Source of the DNA: Steroidobacteraceae bacterium
GTDB taxonomy: Bacteria > Pseudomonadota > Gammaproteobacteria > Steroidobacterales > Steroidobacteraceae
Length of the DNA stretch: 64,000 bases
Direction: 5' to 3'
NCBI GenBank assembly: GCA_044375655.1
Contig: JBILMF010000001.1
Span: 36,727 to 100,726, forward strand
A program made the position numbers and the translations under genes. Positions 26,178 to 36,759 of the stretch are shown piece by piece. Each line of letters begins with the position of its first letter. Position 1 is the stretch's first letter. The notes beneath the pieces are model-generated. The model ran no database searches, was not told the DNA's origin, and was given only the letters and a program-made list of their open reading frames with translations.

Positions 26178-27488
26178 ATGCGGGCTGGCTTCCTCGGACT
26201 CGGCGCAATGGGCGCCCACATGGCGCGCAACCTGCACAAGGCCGGGTTGCTCGGCGGTGTCTGGAACCGCACCCCAGCCAAGGCGGCGGCGCTCGCCGCG
26301 CAGGTCGGTTGCGATGCCGCCGCCGATCCCGCCGACCTCGCGCAGCGCTGTGACTCTCTGGTTCTCTGCGTGTCGGCCGATGCCGACGTCCTCGAGGTGG
26401 TGCGTGCGCTGCTGCCCGCCATCCGGCCGGGCACGCTGGTCATCGACTGCTCCACGGTGAGCGCCGATACCGCGCGCAGCGCGGCGGCCATGCTGGCGGC
26501 GCGCGGCGCCGCATTCCTCGACTGCCCGGTGAGCGGCGGCGTGGAGGGCGCCGAGCGCGGCACGCTCGCCATCATGTGCGGTGGCCCGGAGGCCGACTTC
26601 GAGCGTGCACGTCCGCTGCTTCAGGCCATGGGCCGGACCGTGAGCCTGTTCGGCGCGCACGGCGCAGGTCAGGCTGCCAAGGCGACCAACCAGATCATGT
26701 GCGCGGGCATCATCCGCACCGTCGCCGAAGCGATGGCCTTCGCGCGCGCGCAGCGTTTGCCGCTCACGCAGGTGGTGGAGACCCTTGGTCAGGGCGCAGG
26801 CTCTTCCTGGTACTTCGTGCACCGTGCGCCGAACATGATCCGCGGCACTTATCCGCCGGGGTTCCGCGTCCGCCTGCACGAGAAAGACCTGCGCATCTGT
26901 CGCGACATGGCGGCGGCCAGCGGTGTATCGCTGCCCGTGGTCGAGGACATGCTGCGCGAATACGGCGAACTGATCCGCCGCGGCTTCGGCGACGAGGATA
27001 TCTCGGCGATCTACCGCCTGAAGCAGGAACTGTTCGACAACGCCCCCTTCCGCAATCCGCCGCTCGAAGAAATCCTTGGCCTGCTGGGCCGCGTTCGCAC
27101 CATCGCCATGGTCGGCCTCAGTGCCGATCCCTCGCGGCCCAGCCACGGCGTGGCGCGCGGGTTGCAGCGCCACGGTTGGCGCGTGATCCCGGTGACACCG
27201 GCCGGCGGGGAAATCCTCGGCGAACGCTGCGTGGCCACACTGGACGAGGTCGGCTCGGTGCTCGGCAGCGGCGAGCGCATCGACCTGGTCGACGTCTTCC
27301 GGCGTCCCGAGCACGTCGCCGGTATCGTCGACGACTGCATCAGGCTCGGACTGCCAGCGCTCTGGCTGCAGGACGGCGTGATCGACGAGGCTGCAGCGCG
27401 CCGGGCGCGCGGCGCCGGCATCTTCACCGTCATGGACCGCTGCACGCTCCGCGACTGCGCGCTGCTCGAGCGAACGCCGCCGCCTTGA
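26178..27488 (+). CDS. Fusion protein: 3-hydroxyisobutyrate/6-phosphogluconate dehydrogenase-like NAD(P) oxidoreductase plus C-terminal CoA-binding (YccU-like) domain
   Basis: N-terminal GFLGLGAMGAHMARNL dinucleotide fold. The C-terminal ~135 aa (IAMVGLSADPSRPSHGVARGLQRHGWRVIPV...VDVFRRPE...WLQDG) resembles stand-alone CoA-binding proteins. Confidence 0.75.
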   Translation: MRAGFLGLGAMGAHMARNLHKAGLLGGVWNRTPAKAAALAAQVGCDAAADPADLAQRCDSLVLCVSADADVLEVVRALLPAIRPGTLVIDCSTVSADTARSAAAMLAARGAAFLDCPVSGGVEGAERGTLAIMCGGPEADFERARPLLQAMGRTVSLFGAHGAGQAAKATNQIMCAGIIRTVAEAMAFARAQRLPLTQVVETLGQGAGSSWYFVHRAPNMIRGTYPPGFRVRLHEKDLRICRDMAAASGVSLPVVEDMLREYGELIRRGFGDEDISAIYRLKQELFDNAPFRNPPLEEILGLLGRVRTIAMVGLSADPSRPSHGVARGLQRHGWRVIPVTPAGGEILGERCVATLDEVGSVLGSGERIDLVDVFRRPEHVAGIVDDCIRLGLPALWLQDGVIDEAAARRARGAGIFTVMDRCTLRDCALLERTPPP

Positions 27489-28339
27489 ACCTGCGCTTCA
27501 CCAAGATGCACGGCCTCGGCAACGACTTCATCGTCGTGGCCGCCGACAACGAGGATGCGCTGCCCGACGCGGCGGGTTGGCGTGCCCTCGCCGATCGGCA
27601 CACCGGCGTCGGCTTCGATCAGGCGCTCGTGGTACTGCCGCCGCGGCGCGCAGATGCCGCAGCCTTCTACCGCATCTACAACGCCGACGGCAGCGAGGTC
27701 GAGCAATGCGGCAACGGTGCGCGCTGCGTTGCCGAATGGCTGCGGCTCGCGGGCCGCGCTGCAGCGCCCGACGCCGGCGCAGGCACAGGTGCAGCAGCCG
27801 GCGGCACGCTGCGCATGGACAGCCTCGGCGGCCGGGTCGAGGCGCGCTTCGTCGCTCCCGGTCTCGTGTCGGTCAACATGGGGGTACCGCGCTTCGCGGA
27901 GCCCGGGGAGTCGACACTGGAGCTCGATGGCCGCCGGCTTTTGTTCACGGAAGTGTCGATGGGCAATCCGCACATAGTCCTGCGGGTGGCGGATGCCGCC
28001 ACCGCACCCGTGGATGACCTCGGCCGTACACTCGAGTCACATCCGCGTTTCCCGCAGCGTACCAACGTCGGTTTCCTGCAGATCATCGACGAGGGCCATG
28101 CACGCCTGCGCGTATACGAGCGCGGGGTCGGCGAAACGCTGGCCTGTGGCACCGGCGCCTGTGCGGCGATGGCGGTCGGCCACCGGCTCGGCCTGCTGGC
28201 GGATGCGGTCGAGATCCGTCTGCCCGGCGGTTCGCTGCAGTTGCAGTGGCGCGGTGAGGGAGCGGATATCTGGATGACGGGGCCCGCAGTCGTCGCCTTC
28301 CGCGGCGAGACGGGTTCCGGGAGCGTCACACCATGCTGA
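27485..28339 (+). CDS. dapF: Diaminopimelate epimerase
   Basis: LNLRFTKMHGLGNDFIVV, QCGNGARC, ACGTGACA. TTG start at 27485 overlaps the upstream stop; the alternative is ATG 27506. Confidence 0.85.
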   Translation: MNLRFTKMHGLGNDFIVVAADNEDALPDAAGWRALADRHTGVGFDQALVVLPPRRADAAAFYRIYNADGSEVEQCGNGARCVAEWLRLAGRAAAPDAGAGTGAAAGGTLRMDSLGGRVEARFVAPGLVSVNMGVPRFAEPGESTLELDGRRLLFTEVSMGNPHIVLRVADAATAPVDDLGRTLESHPRFPQRTNVGFLQIIDEGHARLRVYERGVGETLACGTGACAAMAVGHRLGLLADAVEIRLPGGSLQLQWRGEGADIWMTGPAVVAFRGETGSGSVTPC

Positions 28340-28956
28340 GCGCGGAGGAAGTGCTGCGGTTCCTGCAAGAGCACCCCGATTTCTTCGAGCAGCACCCAGG
28401 GCTGCTCGAGCAGCTGCGGCTGCCCCACGGCAGCGACGGCGCGATCTCGCTGGTCGAACGTCAGATCAGGGTGTTGCGCGAACGGCAGGCGGCGAGCCGC
28501 GAACGCCTCGCCGAACTCATCCGCGTGGCGCGCGGCAACGACCTGCTCGCGGCGCGCATGCACCAGCTTGCGCTGCGGCTGCTGCATGCGCGGACGGCCG
28601 CGGAGGTGCATGCTCAGGTGGAGACCTCGATGCGCGAGGACTTCGAGGTATCGCCCGCACGCCTGCTGCTCGACGGTCCGCTGCTGCAGACGCTGGAGTC
28701 GCTGCTGTCGGCGGGTCGTCCGCGTTGCGGGCACTTCGCCGAGGAACAGCGTACGGCGGTGTTCGGCGACTTCGGATCCTCGATCGGATCGATGGCCATC
28801 GTGCCGGTGGGCAGCGGCGCGAACCGCGGCGCGCTGGTGCTCGGCAGCGAGGACCCGCAGCGCTTCAATCCGGCCATCAGCACCGACTTTCTGGCGCGCA
28901 TCGGCGAGATGATTGCCGCCGCACTCGCACGCTGCGGCATCGACCCGCGGCTGTGA
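28333..28956 (+). CDS. DUF484-family protein
   Basis: MLSAEEVLRFLQEHPDFFEQHPGLL, in the conserved position between dapF and xerC. Confidence 0.8.
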   Translation: MLSAEEVLRFLQEHPDFFEQHPGLLEQLRLPHGSDGAISLVERQIRVLRERQAASRERLAELIRVARGNDLLAARMHQLALRLLHARTAAEVHAQVETSMREDFEVSPARLLLDGPLLQTLESLLSAGRPRCGHFAEEQRTAVFGDFGSSIGSMAIVPVGSGANRGALVLGSEDPQRFNPAISTDFLARIGEMIAAALARCGIDPRL

Positions 28957-29855
28957 CGCCTGCAGCGCGGCAGTGGCGCGAACGCTTCGGTGCGCACCTC
29001 GGCACCGAGCGCCGGCTCTCGGCCCACACCGCGGCCGGCTACCTGCGCGAAATCGATGCGTTGATCAGCTGGTGCGCCGGCAATGGGGTGCTTTCGTGGG
29101 AGACGCTGGACGCGCAGCACCTGCGCCTGTTTGCGGCGCGCTCGCATGCCGGCGGTCTGGCACCACGCAGCGTGCAGCGGCGTCTGTCGGCCGTGCGCAC
29201 ATTCCTGCGCTTCCTGCGGCGCGAGCGCGTGATCGCCGGCGATCCGGCGACCGAGGTACGCGCACCGCAGGCACGTCGCCGGCTGCCGGAGACGCTCGAC
29301 GTCGATCAGATGGGGCGGCTGCTCGAGATCCCCGGCGACGACCCCCTCGCGGTGCGCGACCGCGCCATCATGGAGCTCTTCTACTCCTCGGGCCTGCGGC
29401 TCGCGGAGCTCGTCAGCCTCGATCTGCCCGCCCTCGACCTGGCCGACCGTACGGTGCGGGTACTCGGCAAGGGCAATAAGGCTCGCATCCTGCCGGTGGG
29501 GCGCAAGGCGGTATCCGCCCTGCAGGACTGGCTGGCGGCGCGCCGCGAACTCGCGCCCCCCGAGGAGACCGCCCTCTTCCTCGGCCGCAACGGCCGTCGG
29601 GTCGGACAGCGCGCGGTACAGGCCCGGGTAGCACGCTGGGCGCGGCTGCAGGGTCTGCCCATGCGGGTCCACCCGCACCTCTTCCGCCACTCGTTCGCCT
29701 CGCATCTGCTCGAGTCCAGCCAGGACCTTCGCGGTGTGCAGGAACTGCTCGGACACGCCGACATCGCGACCACCCAGGTCTACACCCACCTTGATTTCCA
29801 GCACCTGGCCCGCATCTATGACAACTCACACCCGCGGGCGAGGAAGAAGACATGA
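28953..29855 (+). CDS. xerC: Tyrosine recombinase XerC
   Basis: GTG at 28953 overlaps the DUF484 stop. Catalytic contexts [25 protein letters not shown] and [14 protein letters not shown]. Confidence 0.85.
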   Translation: MTPAARQWRERFGAHLGTERRLSAHTAAGYLREIDALISWCAGNGVLSWETLDAQHLRLFAARSHAGGLAPRSVQRRLSAVRTFLRFLRRERVIAGDPATEVRAPQARRRLPETLDVDQMGRLLEIPGDDPLAVRDRAIMELFYSSGLRLAELVSLDLPALDLADRTVRVLGKGNKARILPVGRKAVSALQDWLAARRELAPPEETALFLGRNGRRVGQRAVQARVARWARLQGLPMRVHPHLFRHSFASHLLESSQDLRGVQELLGHADIATTQVYTHLDFQHLARIYDNSHPRARKKT

Positions 29856-30397
29856 GCACTGCGTTCAACCCCCACGGCACGACCATCCTGGGCGTGCGCC
29901 GCCATGGTGTCGTCGCCATCGGTGGTGACGGCCAGGTGACGCTCGGCAGTACCGTCATGAAGGGCAACGCTCGCAAGGTTCGCACTCTGGGGCAGGGCAA
30001 GGTGCTCGGCGGTTTCGCCGGCGGCACCGCCGATGCGTTCACGCTGTTCGAGCGCTTCGAAGGCAAGCTCGACAAGTTCGGCAACCTGACGCGTGCAGCC
30101 ATCGAGCTCGCCAAGGACTGGCGGGCAGACCGCTACCTGCGCCGCCTGGAGGCGCTGCTGCTGGTCGGCGATCCGCAGAAACTGTTCGTGATCTCCGGCA
30201 ATGGCGATGTGATCGAACCCGAGCACGACGTGGTGGCCATCGGTTCGGGCGGTGCCTATGCGCAGGCCGCGGCCCGCGCCCTGCTCGAGAACACCGATCT
30301 GCCCGCGCGCCAGATCGTCGAACGCTCGTTGAACATCGCCGCGGATATCTGCATCTACACCAATCGCAGCCTCGTGATCGAGGAGTTGCACTCGTGA
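29852..30397 (+). CDS. hslV: ATP-dependent protease subunit HslV
   Basis: [25 protein letters not shown] with a short propeptide, as in other betaproteobacteria. Confidence 0.95.
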   Translation: MSTAFNPHGTTILGVRRHGVVAIGGDGQVTLGSTVMKGNARKVRTLGQGKVLGGFAGGTADAFTLFERFEGKLDKFGNLTRAAIELAKDWRADRYLRRLEALLLVGDPQKLFVISGNGDVIEPEHDVVAIGSGGAYAQAAARALLENTDLPARQIVERSLNIAADICIYTNRSLVIEELHS

Positions 30398-31743
30398 GCG
30401 ACACCGCCAACGCCCTCAAGCCGCGCCAGATCGTCAGCGAGCTCGACAAGCACATCGTGGGTCAGGACGCCGCCAAGCGCGCAGTGGCCATCGCGCTGCG
30501 CAACCGCTGGCGCCGCATGCAGGTCGAGGAGCGCCTGCGGCCGGAGATCACACCAAAAAACATCCTGATGATCGGTCCCACCGGCTGCGGCAAGACCGAG
30601 ATCGCGCGCCGCCTCGCCAAGCTGGCCAACGCGCCCTTCGTGAAGGTCGAGGCCACCAAGTTCACGGAGGTCGGCTATGTCGGCCGCGACGTCGACTCGA
30701 TCGTCAAGGAACTGGTCGATGCAGCGGTCAAGATCACGCGCGAGGCGGAGATGGCGCGCGTGCGCGACCGCGCAGCCGATGCAGCCGAGGAGCGCGTGCT
30801 CGACGCCCTGCTGCCCAAGCCGAAACTGATGGGCTTCTCCACCGACGAGCCAGTGCAGCCGCGGGATGCGGATACACGGCAGAAGTTTCGCAAGATGCTG
30901 CGCGAGGGCAGCCTCGACGAGCGCGAGATCGAAGTCGAGCTGCGCGGCATGGGAGCGGGCATGGAAATCGTCGCTCCGCCCGGCATGGAAGAGATGCAGC
31001 AGCAGCTGCAGGCCATGTTCCAGAATCTCGGCGCCGGCAAGAGCCGCCCAAAGAAAATGAAGGTCCGCGACGCCATTAAACTGCTCGCCGACGAGGAAGC
31101 TGCCAAGCTGCTCAACGAAGACGAGCTGCGTGCCGCGGCGGTGCGCAATGCGGAGCAGAACGGCATCGTTTTCATCGACGAGGTAGACAAGATCTGCCGC
31201 CGCCAGGACACCTATGGCGCGGATGTCTCCCGCGAGGGCGTGCAGCGAGACCTGCTGCCGCTCGTAGAGGGTTGTACGGTGACCACCAAGTACGGTCCGA
31301 TCAAGACCGATCACGTGTTGTTCATCGCCTCCGGCGCTTTCCATGTTGCCAAGCCTTCCGACCTGATCCCGGAGCTGCAGGGACGTTTCCCGATCCGTGT
31401 CGAGCTCGAACCGCTCAAGGTCGAGGACTTCGTGCGTATCCTCACCGAACCGGATGCGTCGCTGACCACCCAATATGCGGCGCTGCTGCGCACCGAGGGG
31501 GTCAGCGTCGAGTTCACCGCCGAGGGCGTGCGCCGGCTCGCCGAGATCGCCTTCCACGTCAACGAACGTACCGAGAATATCGGGGCACGGCGGCTGCATA
31601 CCGTGATGGAGCGTTTGCTCGAGGAGGTCTCCTATGACGCGAGCGAACGCGCGGGCAGCACGCTGCGCGTCGACGCGCCCTACGTGGACGGGAGTCTCGG
31701 CAAGCTCTCGCAGGACGAGGATCTCAGCCGGTTCATTCTTTGA
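30394..31743 (+). CDS. hslU: ATP-dependent protease ATPase subunit HslU
   Basis: [32 protein letters not shown]; Walker [16 protein letters not shown]. Confidence 0.95.
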   Translation: MSDTANALKPRQIVSELDKHIVGQDAAKRAVAIALRNRWRRMQVEERLRPEITPKNILMIGPTGCGKTEIARRLAKLANAPFVKVEATKFTEVGYVGRDVDSIVKELVDAAVKITREAEMARVRDRAADAAEERVLDALLPKPKLMGFSTDEPVQPRDADTRQKFRKMLREGSLDEREIEVELRGMGAGMEIVAPPGMEEMQQQLQAMFQNLGAGKSRPKKMKVRDAIKLLADEEAAKLLNEDELRAAAVRNAEQNGIVFIDEVDKICRRQDTYGADVSREGVQRDLLPLVEGCTVTTKYGPIKTDHVLFIASGAFHVAKPSDLIPELQGRFPIRVELEPLKVEDFVRILTEPDASLTTQYAALLRTEGVSVEFTAEGVRRLAEIAFHVNERTENIGARRLHTVMERLLEEVSYDASERAGSTLRVDAPYVDGSLGKLSQDEDLSRFIL

Positions 31744-32396
31744 GCGATCTCGCGCTCGGCATCATCGTGCTGGTATTCGCGGCGGTGCCGGCCTCACTGC
31801 TTCTGCTTGCGCTGGCCGATGGGGTGCGGCTCGAGGGCGAGGGTCGCAAGCGCCGCTGGATCCGCAATTGCCTGTGGGCGCTCGCGCTGCCGGCATCAGT
31901 ACCGCTGGGTCTCGGCGCCTGGAGCGCAGCCGGCGCCGCGCACCTCGAGCCGCTCTGCCATGCCTACGCGACCCCGGAGTTTCGCGCGCTCCGCGCAGCC
32001 ACGGACCCCGTGCTGCGGCTCGATCTGCCGCCGGGCGCGGCAACGCCCGCGTGGGTCGCGGAGCTGAAGGCGCGCTTCCCGGGCCGGGTGATCCTCGCCA
32101 CGGACAATACGCCGGTCGCGCGGAGCACCCATGTACTCGAGGTACGCGAGGTCACGCACCACCGCAACCTCTGGTTCACCGTGCAAATGACGCGCTTCCG
32201 CCTGCTAGAGAGCGACTTCGGCTCAGTGCTCGCCGAGGGCGATGAGCTGCAGATCGAGGCTGGCCGCGGCCGCCATCACTGCGGAATCGGCAGCGGGCCG
32301 CTGCCGGTCGCGGCATCGAGGACCAGTTGGCCGGGCGGCGACGGTGTCGCCCGCTTCGTCGAGCGCGGGCTGCAGCCGGCGCCGCTCAGACCATGA
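31740..32396 (+). CDS. Hypothetical membrane protein
   Basis: TTG start overlaps the hslU stop. Two N-terminal hydrophobic helices; no recognisable family. Confidence 0.4.
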   Translation: MSDLALGIIVLVFAAVPASLLLLALADGVRLEGEGRKRRWIRNCLWALALPASVPLGLGAWSAAGAAHLEPLCHAYATPEFRALRAATDPVLRLDLPPGAATPAWVAELKARFPGRVILATDNTPVARSTHVLEVREVTHHRNLWFTVQMTRFRLLESDFGSVLAEGDELQIEAGRGRHHCGIGSGPLPVAASRTSWPGGDGVARFVERGLQPAPLRP

Positions 32397-33789
32397 AGCC
32401 GAGATTGCGGACGGCGAAGTTGCCGATGTTGGGCGCGATCCTCGCGAGGTCGCGGTCCTGCACGCCGAACCAGCCCGCAAGCGTAGCTGCATACTGGTCG
32501 GCGGAGATCCCGGGAATGATGCGACCGCCGCCGACGTCGGCGGCGCCGCCGATTTCGAGCAACGGATAGCTGCCAAAGAAACGACCGCCGCGCACCGCAC
32601 CACCGACGACGAACTGCAGTCCGCCCCAGGCGTGGTCGGAGCCGTCGCCGTTGGAGGTCAGGGTACGACCGAAGTCCGAATGGGTGAACAGCGTGACGCT
32701 GTTGTCCATGCCGATCTCGCGCATCGCATCGTCGAACGACTTGATGGAGGTGCTGACGTTGGCGAGCAGGCCGGGTTGGTCGCGCACTAGATCGTCGTGC
32801 TGGTCGAAGCCGCCCGTGGAGACGAAGAAAATCTGCCGAGACAGGCCAAGGCTCTGGCGCGAGGCGATGATCTTGGCCACGGTGCGCAGCTGCTGCTGGA
32901 GCGGTGACAGCGTGCCGCTGTTGGGCAGCGCCGCGAAGTTGTAACTGCCTGCTACCGCTGCGCTCACCCGGTCGGCGAACTGGATCGCGCGCTGCTGCAC
33001 GCCGGCGTAGGCGCGCTCGTAGAGGGTGTTGGTCGACGAGCTGAGCGCACTGCCCAACATCGACTCATAGGCGGCACGCCGCGCCGGACCTGCGCCGGTG
33101 GCAGGCAGCGCGGTGAACTGCACCGGGCCGTTGGCGCCCATGACGTAGGGCTTGGCGATGTCACTCGCCTGGAAGTAGGTCTGCCCGGCAAGGGACACGT
33201 TGACCGACAGGGACTGGTTGCCGACCTGCGCATTGAGCACGTCCGCGACTCGTCCCGCCCACCCGCTCTTCAGTGCGGTCCTGCCCCGCAGGCTGTGCCA
33301 CTGATCCTGCTGGTCGTTGTGGGAGAACAGCTGCGGCGGCAGCTGGTGCCCGGTGCGCGAAGCGGTCTGGTACTCGGCTTTGGTGGTCGGCCGCAGCAGC
33401 GGGCCGACGTTTGCCATGACGGCCAGTCGGCCGGCCGCGAACAGATCCCGCGCCCCGGTCATGCTCGGGTGGAAGCCGTAAGTCGGATCACCGGGCAGCT
33501 GGTTGGCGAGCGTCACCGGCAGCAGGCTTGAGCGATCGATGGCGAGGCTTGAGGCCGTGCCGCCGCCGCGCGAACGCGAGTAGGCGTTGTACTCGGCGGT
33601 GCCCGTCGGCACCAGCATGTTCCAGGAGTCGTTGCCGCCGAACAGAAACAGGCAGACGAGCGCCTTGTAGTCGCCGAAGCCGCCGGTGCCGCTCATCTGT
33701 GCATGCACGGTGCCGGCGGTGCGGCCGAAGGCATAGGCAACACCACCGGCAGCCGCGGCCTTGATGAACTTGCGTCGCAGGCGATCCAT
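32386..33789 (-). CDS. DUF1501-family (sulfatase-like) Tat-exported protein
   Basis: Twin-arginine signal MDRLRRKFIKAAAAGG. Motifs LFGGNDSWN, STGGFDQHDD, SDFGRT and GSDHAWGG. Confidence 0.8.
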   Translation of the reverse strand: MDRLRRKFIKAAAAGGVAYAFGRTAGTVHAQMSGTGGFGDYKALVCLFLFGGNDSWNMLVPTGTAEYNAYSRSRGGGTASSLAIDRSSLLPVTLANQLPGDPTYGFHPSMTGARDLFAAGRLAVMANVGPLLRPTTKAEYQTASRTGHQLPPQLFSHNDQQDQWHSLRGRTALKSGWAGRVADVLNAQVGNQSLSVNVSLAGQTYFQASDIAKPYVMGANGPVQFTALPATGAGPARRAAYESMLGSALSSSTNTLYERAYAGVQQRAIQFADRVSAAVAGSYNFAALPNSGTLSPLQQQLRTVAKIIASRQSLGLSRQIFFVSTGGFDQHDDLVRDQPGLLANVSTSIKSFDDAMREIGMDNSVTLFTHSDFGRTLTSNGDGSDHAWGGLQFVVGGAVRGGRFFGSYPLLEIGGAADVGGGRIIPGISADQYAATLAGWFGVQDRDLARIAPNIGNFAVRNLGFMV

Positions 33790-33800
33790 GGTGGTTTCCC

Positions 33801-35594
33801 TCAGCGCTGCAGCGCGAACTCCGGCGAGGTGACGACGAAGAAGATCGCATCGGCGGTGCGCGTGTTGAGCGCCGTCGTCGGATTGGCCGCAGGGACGGTC
33901 GTGCGCTCGATCTGTGCCTTGGCCTGCGCCTTGAGTGCCGCGGAAATCTGCGCGGAACCCCCGAGCAGACGCTCGGCCACGCGGTTGATCAGCGCCTCGC
34001 TGTCGTTGGCTATCGCGAGTTCCTCGGTGGTGTTGATGTACATCAGGTCGACACCGGGATTGGTGGCGGTCTGGTTGCGCGACAGCGCCTGCGTCCAGAA
34101 GAAGTTCGCCATCTGCGTGTTCAGGTACTCGGTGGCAAGTTGCATCTCGGGGGATACCCGCCCGCTGTCGGCGATCTCCCCGGGCGGCGCATAGAACGGG
34201 CTGAAGAAGTTGAACACCGACGGTGAACCGCCCTGCGCCTGTCCGAAGACGCCGACCGCGCCGCCGGAGAAGTTGCCCGCCACGCCGAACCGGCCGGAGG
34301 CCGCCCTGGCGTCGTAGGCGCGCCAGAACTGCGTGAGCCGCAGCAGGGGTTCCTTGAGTTTGCCGGCCGCTGCAGCGGCTGTGCCGGCTGGCGGGTTGCG
34401 TGCCTCGGTGTCGAGCAGGATGCCCCTGACCACCGCCTCGAGGTTGCCACGGCGTCCGCTGCCGTCGTTGTTGAACTTCTCGGCGACACGCTGCACGTAG
34501 GCCGGCGAGGGGTTACTCGCAACCAGCCGCTGGATGAGCTGCTTGGCGATGAAGGGCCCCACGTTCGGATGGTTGAAGACGTTGTCGAGTGCATCCTTGA
34601 GGTCCTGCGCGCCGCTCTGACCTGCGGGGATGGTGGCGTTGACGAGGCTCACACCCGGGTAATCGAGGAGGCGCTTGCTGCCCGTCTCATGCTGATCCGC
34701 GAACAGCCGCATCGGCTTCACCTGGTTGTATCCGGGAACCGGCGCGAGCTGCGGTCGCGTGTTGGCGAAGGTGCAGTTGGGCGCGGTGGTGGGGCAGTCC
34801 CACTTCCAGCCGGTGAAGACGCGGGCATAGCCCTCTATCTCCTCCTGACCGTAGGTCGGGATGGGCTGACCTGTGGAGTCGGTGCGGACCGTGCCGTCGG
34901 GATTGAGCTGCACGAGACCGATGCTGAAGAGCTGCATCATCTCGCGGGCGTAGTTCTCGTCGGGGCGCAGGTTGGTGTTGGCGACCGCTTTCTGGTTACC
35001 GAGCATCGAGAGGTAAACACCCATCGCCGGATGCAGGGTGACGCTCTCCAGCAGATTGCGGAAATTGCCGAAGGCGTTGCGCGCCAGCATGTCGTGAAAG
35101 TCCGCCGTGGCGTTCGGCAGGTTGGCGAGTGCACCCAACTGCGAGACGACGAAGATCTCGGAGAGCGCGAAGGCGACGCGCTGGCGCAGCTGGTCATCGC
35201 CGCGCAGCACGTTTGCGAACCACTGCTCGAGCCGGGTGGCGTTGAGCGAGGCGATGTTGAAGTTCATCGGCAACGGGTCGGGGTAGGCCGCCTCCACAGC
35301 CGGCAACAGCAGCGAGGGTTCGCGCGCGATCTGCGCGTCGATCCAGCGGGTGTATCCGGTAGCGGAATCGCCGAGGGCGATCAGCCGGTTGGCTTCGGCC
35401 TCGGTGGCGCCGAAAGTCGTCTGGTTGAGGAAGCGGAAGGCTTCGACCTTGGTGATCGGCGGAGCTGCGGGCGCCGCGCTGAGCGGACCGGCGCCGCCGC
35501 TACCGCCGCCACCGCCGCAGGCAGCCACGACCAGCGCCGTCCCAGCGACCAGTGCGAGCCGCAGAGAGGTGCGAAGTCGGTCGGGTGTCCCCAT
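33801..35594 (-). CDS. DUF1800-family protein (usual partner of DUF1501)
   Basis: Lipoprotein-like signal (LVVAACGGGG), about 600 aa, located immediately upstream of the DUF1501 gene. Confidence 0.7.
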   Translation of the reverse strand: MGTPDRLRTSLRLALVAGTALVVAACGGGGGSGGAGPLSAAPAAPPITKVEAFRFLNQTTFGATEAEANRLIALGDSATGYTRWIDAQIAREPSLLLPAVEAAYPDPLPMNFNIASLNATRLEQWFANVLRGDDQLRQRVAFALSEIFVVSQLGALANLPNATADFHDMLARNAFGNFRNLLESVTLHPAMGVYLSMLGNQKAVANTNLRPDENYAREMMQLFSIGLVQLNPDGTVRTDSTGQPIPTYGQEEIEGYARVFTGWKWDCPTTAPNCTFANTRPQLAPVPGYNQVKPMRLFADQHETGSKRLLDYPGVSLVNATIPAGQSGAQDLKDALDNVFNHPNVGPFIAKQLIQRLVASNPSPAYVQRVAEKFNNDGSGRRGNLEAVVRGILLDTEARNPPAGTAAAAAGKLKEPLLRLTQFWRAYDARAASGRFGVAGNFSGGAVGVFGQAQGGSPSVFNFFSPFYAPPGEIADSGRVSPEMQLATEYLNTQMANFFWTQALSRNQTATNPGVDLMYINTTEELAIANDSEALINRVAERLLGGSAQISAALKAQAKAQIERTTVPAANPTTALNTRTADAIFFVVTSPEFALQR

Positions 35595-35682
35595 GATTCT
35601 ACTGTAGCGCGGATGCCGCCCGAAGCAATGTCAGGGGCGGGAAAGGATCGCGGATCGTGATGCAGGTCCGCCCTGCGGTGGC

Positions 35683-36621
35683 TCAGGAGTAGTGCTGTGC
35701 CGCGAGCAGATCCAGACGCTGCTCGAAGTCGCTGCCGCTCGGCAGCAGCACGCAGCCGACCGGCAACTCGTCGGCGGTGACCATGCGCGCGGCAAAGCCG
35801 CCGACCCAGACCTCGCAGCGGCCGCTGAGCCCGCCGGCGAGTTCGTGTAACTGGGCGAGCGCGGGGACTTCGTTCTCGGGCATCACCAACGACACCAGCA
35901 CCGCGCGCGCCTCGACCTCGAGCGCAAAGCGCGCGATCTCGCCCGGCGGCACGTCGACCCCGAGGTAGTGGGTACGGAAACGGCGCGTTGCCGCCAGCCA
36001 GCTGCACATCAGGATGCCGAGCTCGTGGCGCTCGCCGGACAGCGTGGCGAGGACCATGCAAGGCCCGCTGTCCGAGCGCAGGTAACCCCGTGACACGCTG
36101 ATGATGAGCCGGCGCACGATGTCGGTGACCATGTGCTCCTGGGCGATCGAGACCTCGCCACGGTGCCAGCGTTCACCTACCTCGCGCACCAGCGGCACGA
36201 GCACGGTATTCACCACCTCGTTGGGCGGCAGCAGCGCCACCGCCGAGGTCAGCACCTCCTCGACGCCCGAGGGGTCGCTGTGCAGCGTGGCGTCCACCGC
36301 GCGCTCGACATAGGACTGGCCGCGGGTAGGGCCGGGCCGCGCCTGACCGCCGGAGTCGGCGACCAGCTTGGCCAGCTCGTCCGCGGACAGGTCGGCGAGA
36401 CGGCTGATGGTATGGCCGAGTTCGGTGGCGGTGCGCAGCAAGCGCAGCCGGGCCACATCGGCGGCGGAGTACGTGCGCCGTCCGGAGGTGTCGCGGGAGG
36501 GTCTGACGACTTCGTAGCGACGCTCCCAGGCGCGCAGAGTCTCTACCGAGAGGCCGGTCGCCTGGGCCACCGCCTTGATGGTGAATTGGCCGGAAGCCGA
36601 ACTTGTAGCGAGCCTGTTCAT
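35683..36621 (-). CDS. MerR-family regulator with B12-binding domain (CarH/LitR-like photoreceptor candidate)
   Basis: MerR HTH (FTIKAVAQATGLSVETLRAWERRY). W-x9-EH motif in WHRGEVSIAQEH. E-x-H-x2-G lower-ligand motif in GERHELG. VWVGG near the C-terminus. Confidence 0.75.
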   Translation of the reverse strand: MNRLATSSASGQFTIKAVAQATGLSVETLRAWERRYEVVRPSRDTSGRRTYSAADVARLRLLRTATELGHTISRLADLSADELAKLVADSGGQARPGPTRGQSYVERAVDATLHSDPSGVEEVLTSAVALLPPNEVVNTVLVPLVREVGERWHRGEVSIAQEHMVTDIVRRLIISVSRGYLRSDSGPCMVLATLSGERHELGILMCSWLAATRRFRTHYLGVDVPPGEIARFALEVEARAVLVSLVMPENEVPALAQLHELAGGLSGRCEVWVGGFAARMVTADELPVGCVLLPSGSDFEQRLDLLAAQHYS

Positions 36622-36636
36622 GTTTTGTTCAGCTTC

Positions 36637-36668
36637 TGTACAGCGTTAACCTGTACAACATCTTGACA
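36637..36668 (+). promoter_or_regulatory. Candidate operator/promoter in the carH-like/fasciclin divergent region
   Basis: Two CTGTACA elements (TGTACA at 36637-36642 and 36652-36657) 15 bp apart, directly abutting a consensus TTGACA (36663-36668) oriented toward the fasciclin gene. Confidence 0.3.
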
Positions 36669-36759
36669 GATCAATCCCACCCTGTCATCCTCTCGCTCAT
36701 AGATTTTTCGCGTACGCAGGATCGCGGTACGCCCCCCAGCCAACCCACGGAGTACTGCC

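Noticed and set aside
28953-29855. Tyrosine recombinase considered as an integrase marking a mobile element.
   Set aside because: It sits in the conserved housekeeping context dapF-DUF484-xerC-hslVU. No att-like repeats, tRNA or phage genes are nearby, so it is the chromosome-dimer resolvase XerC.
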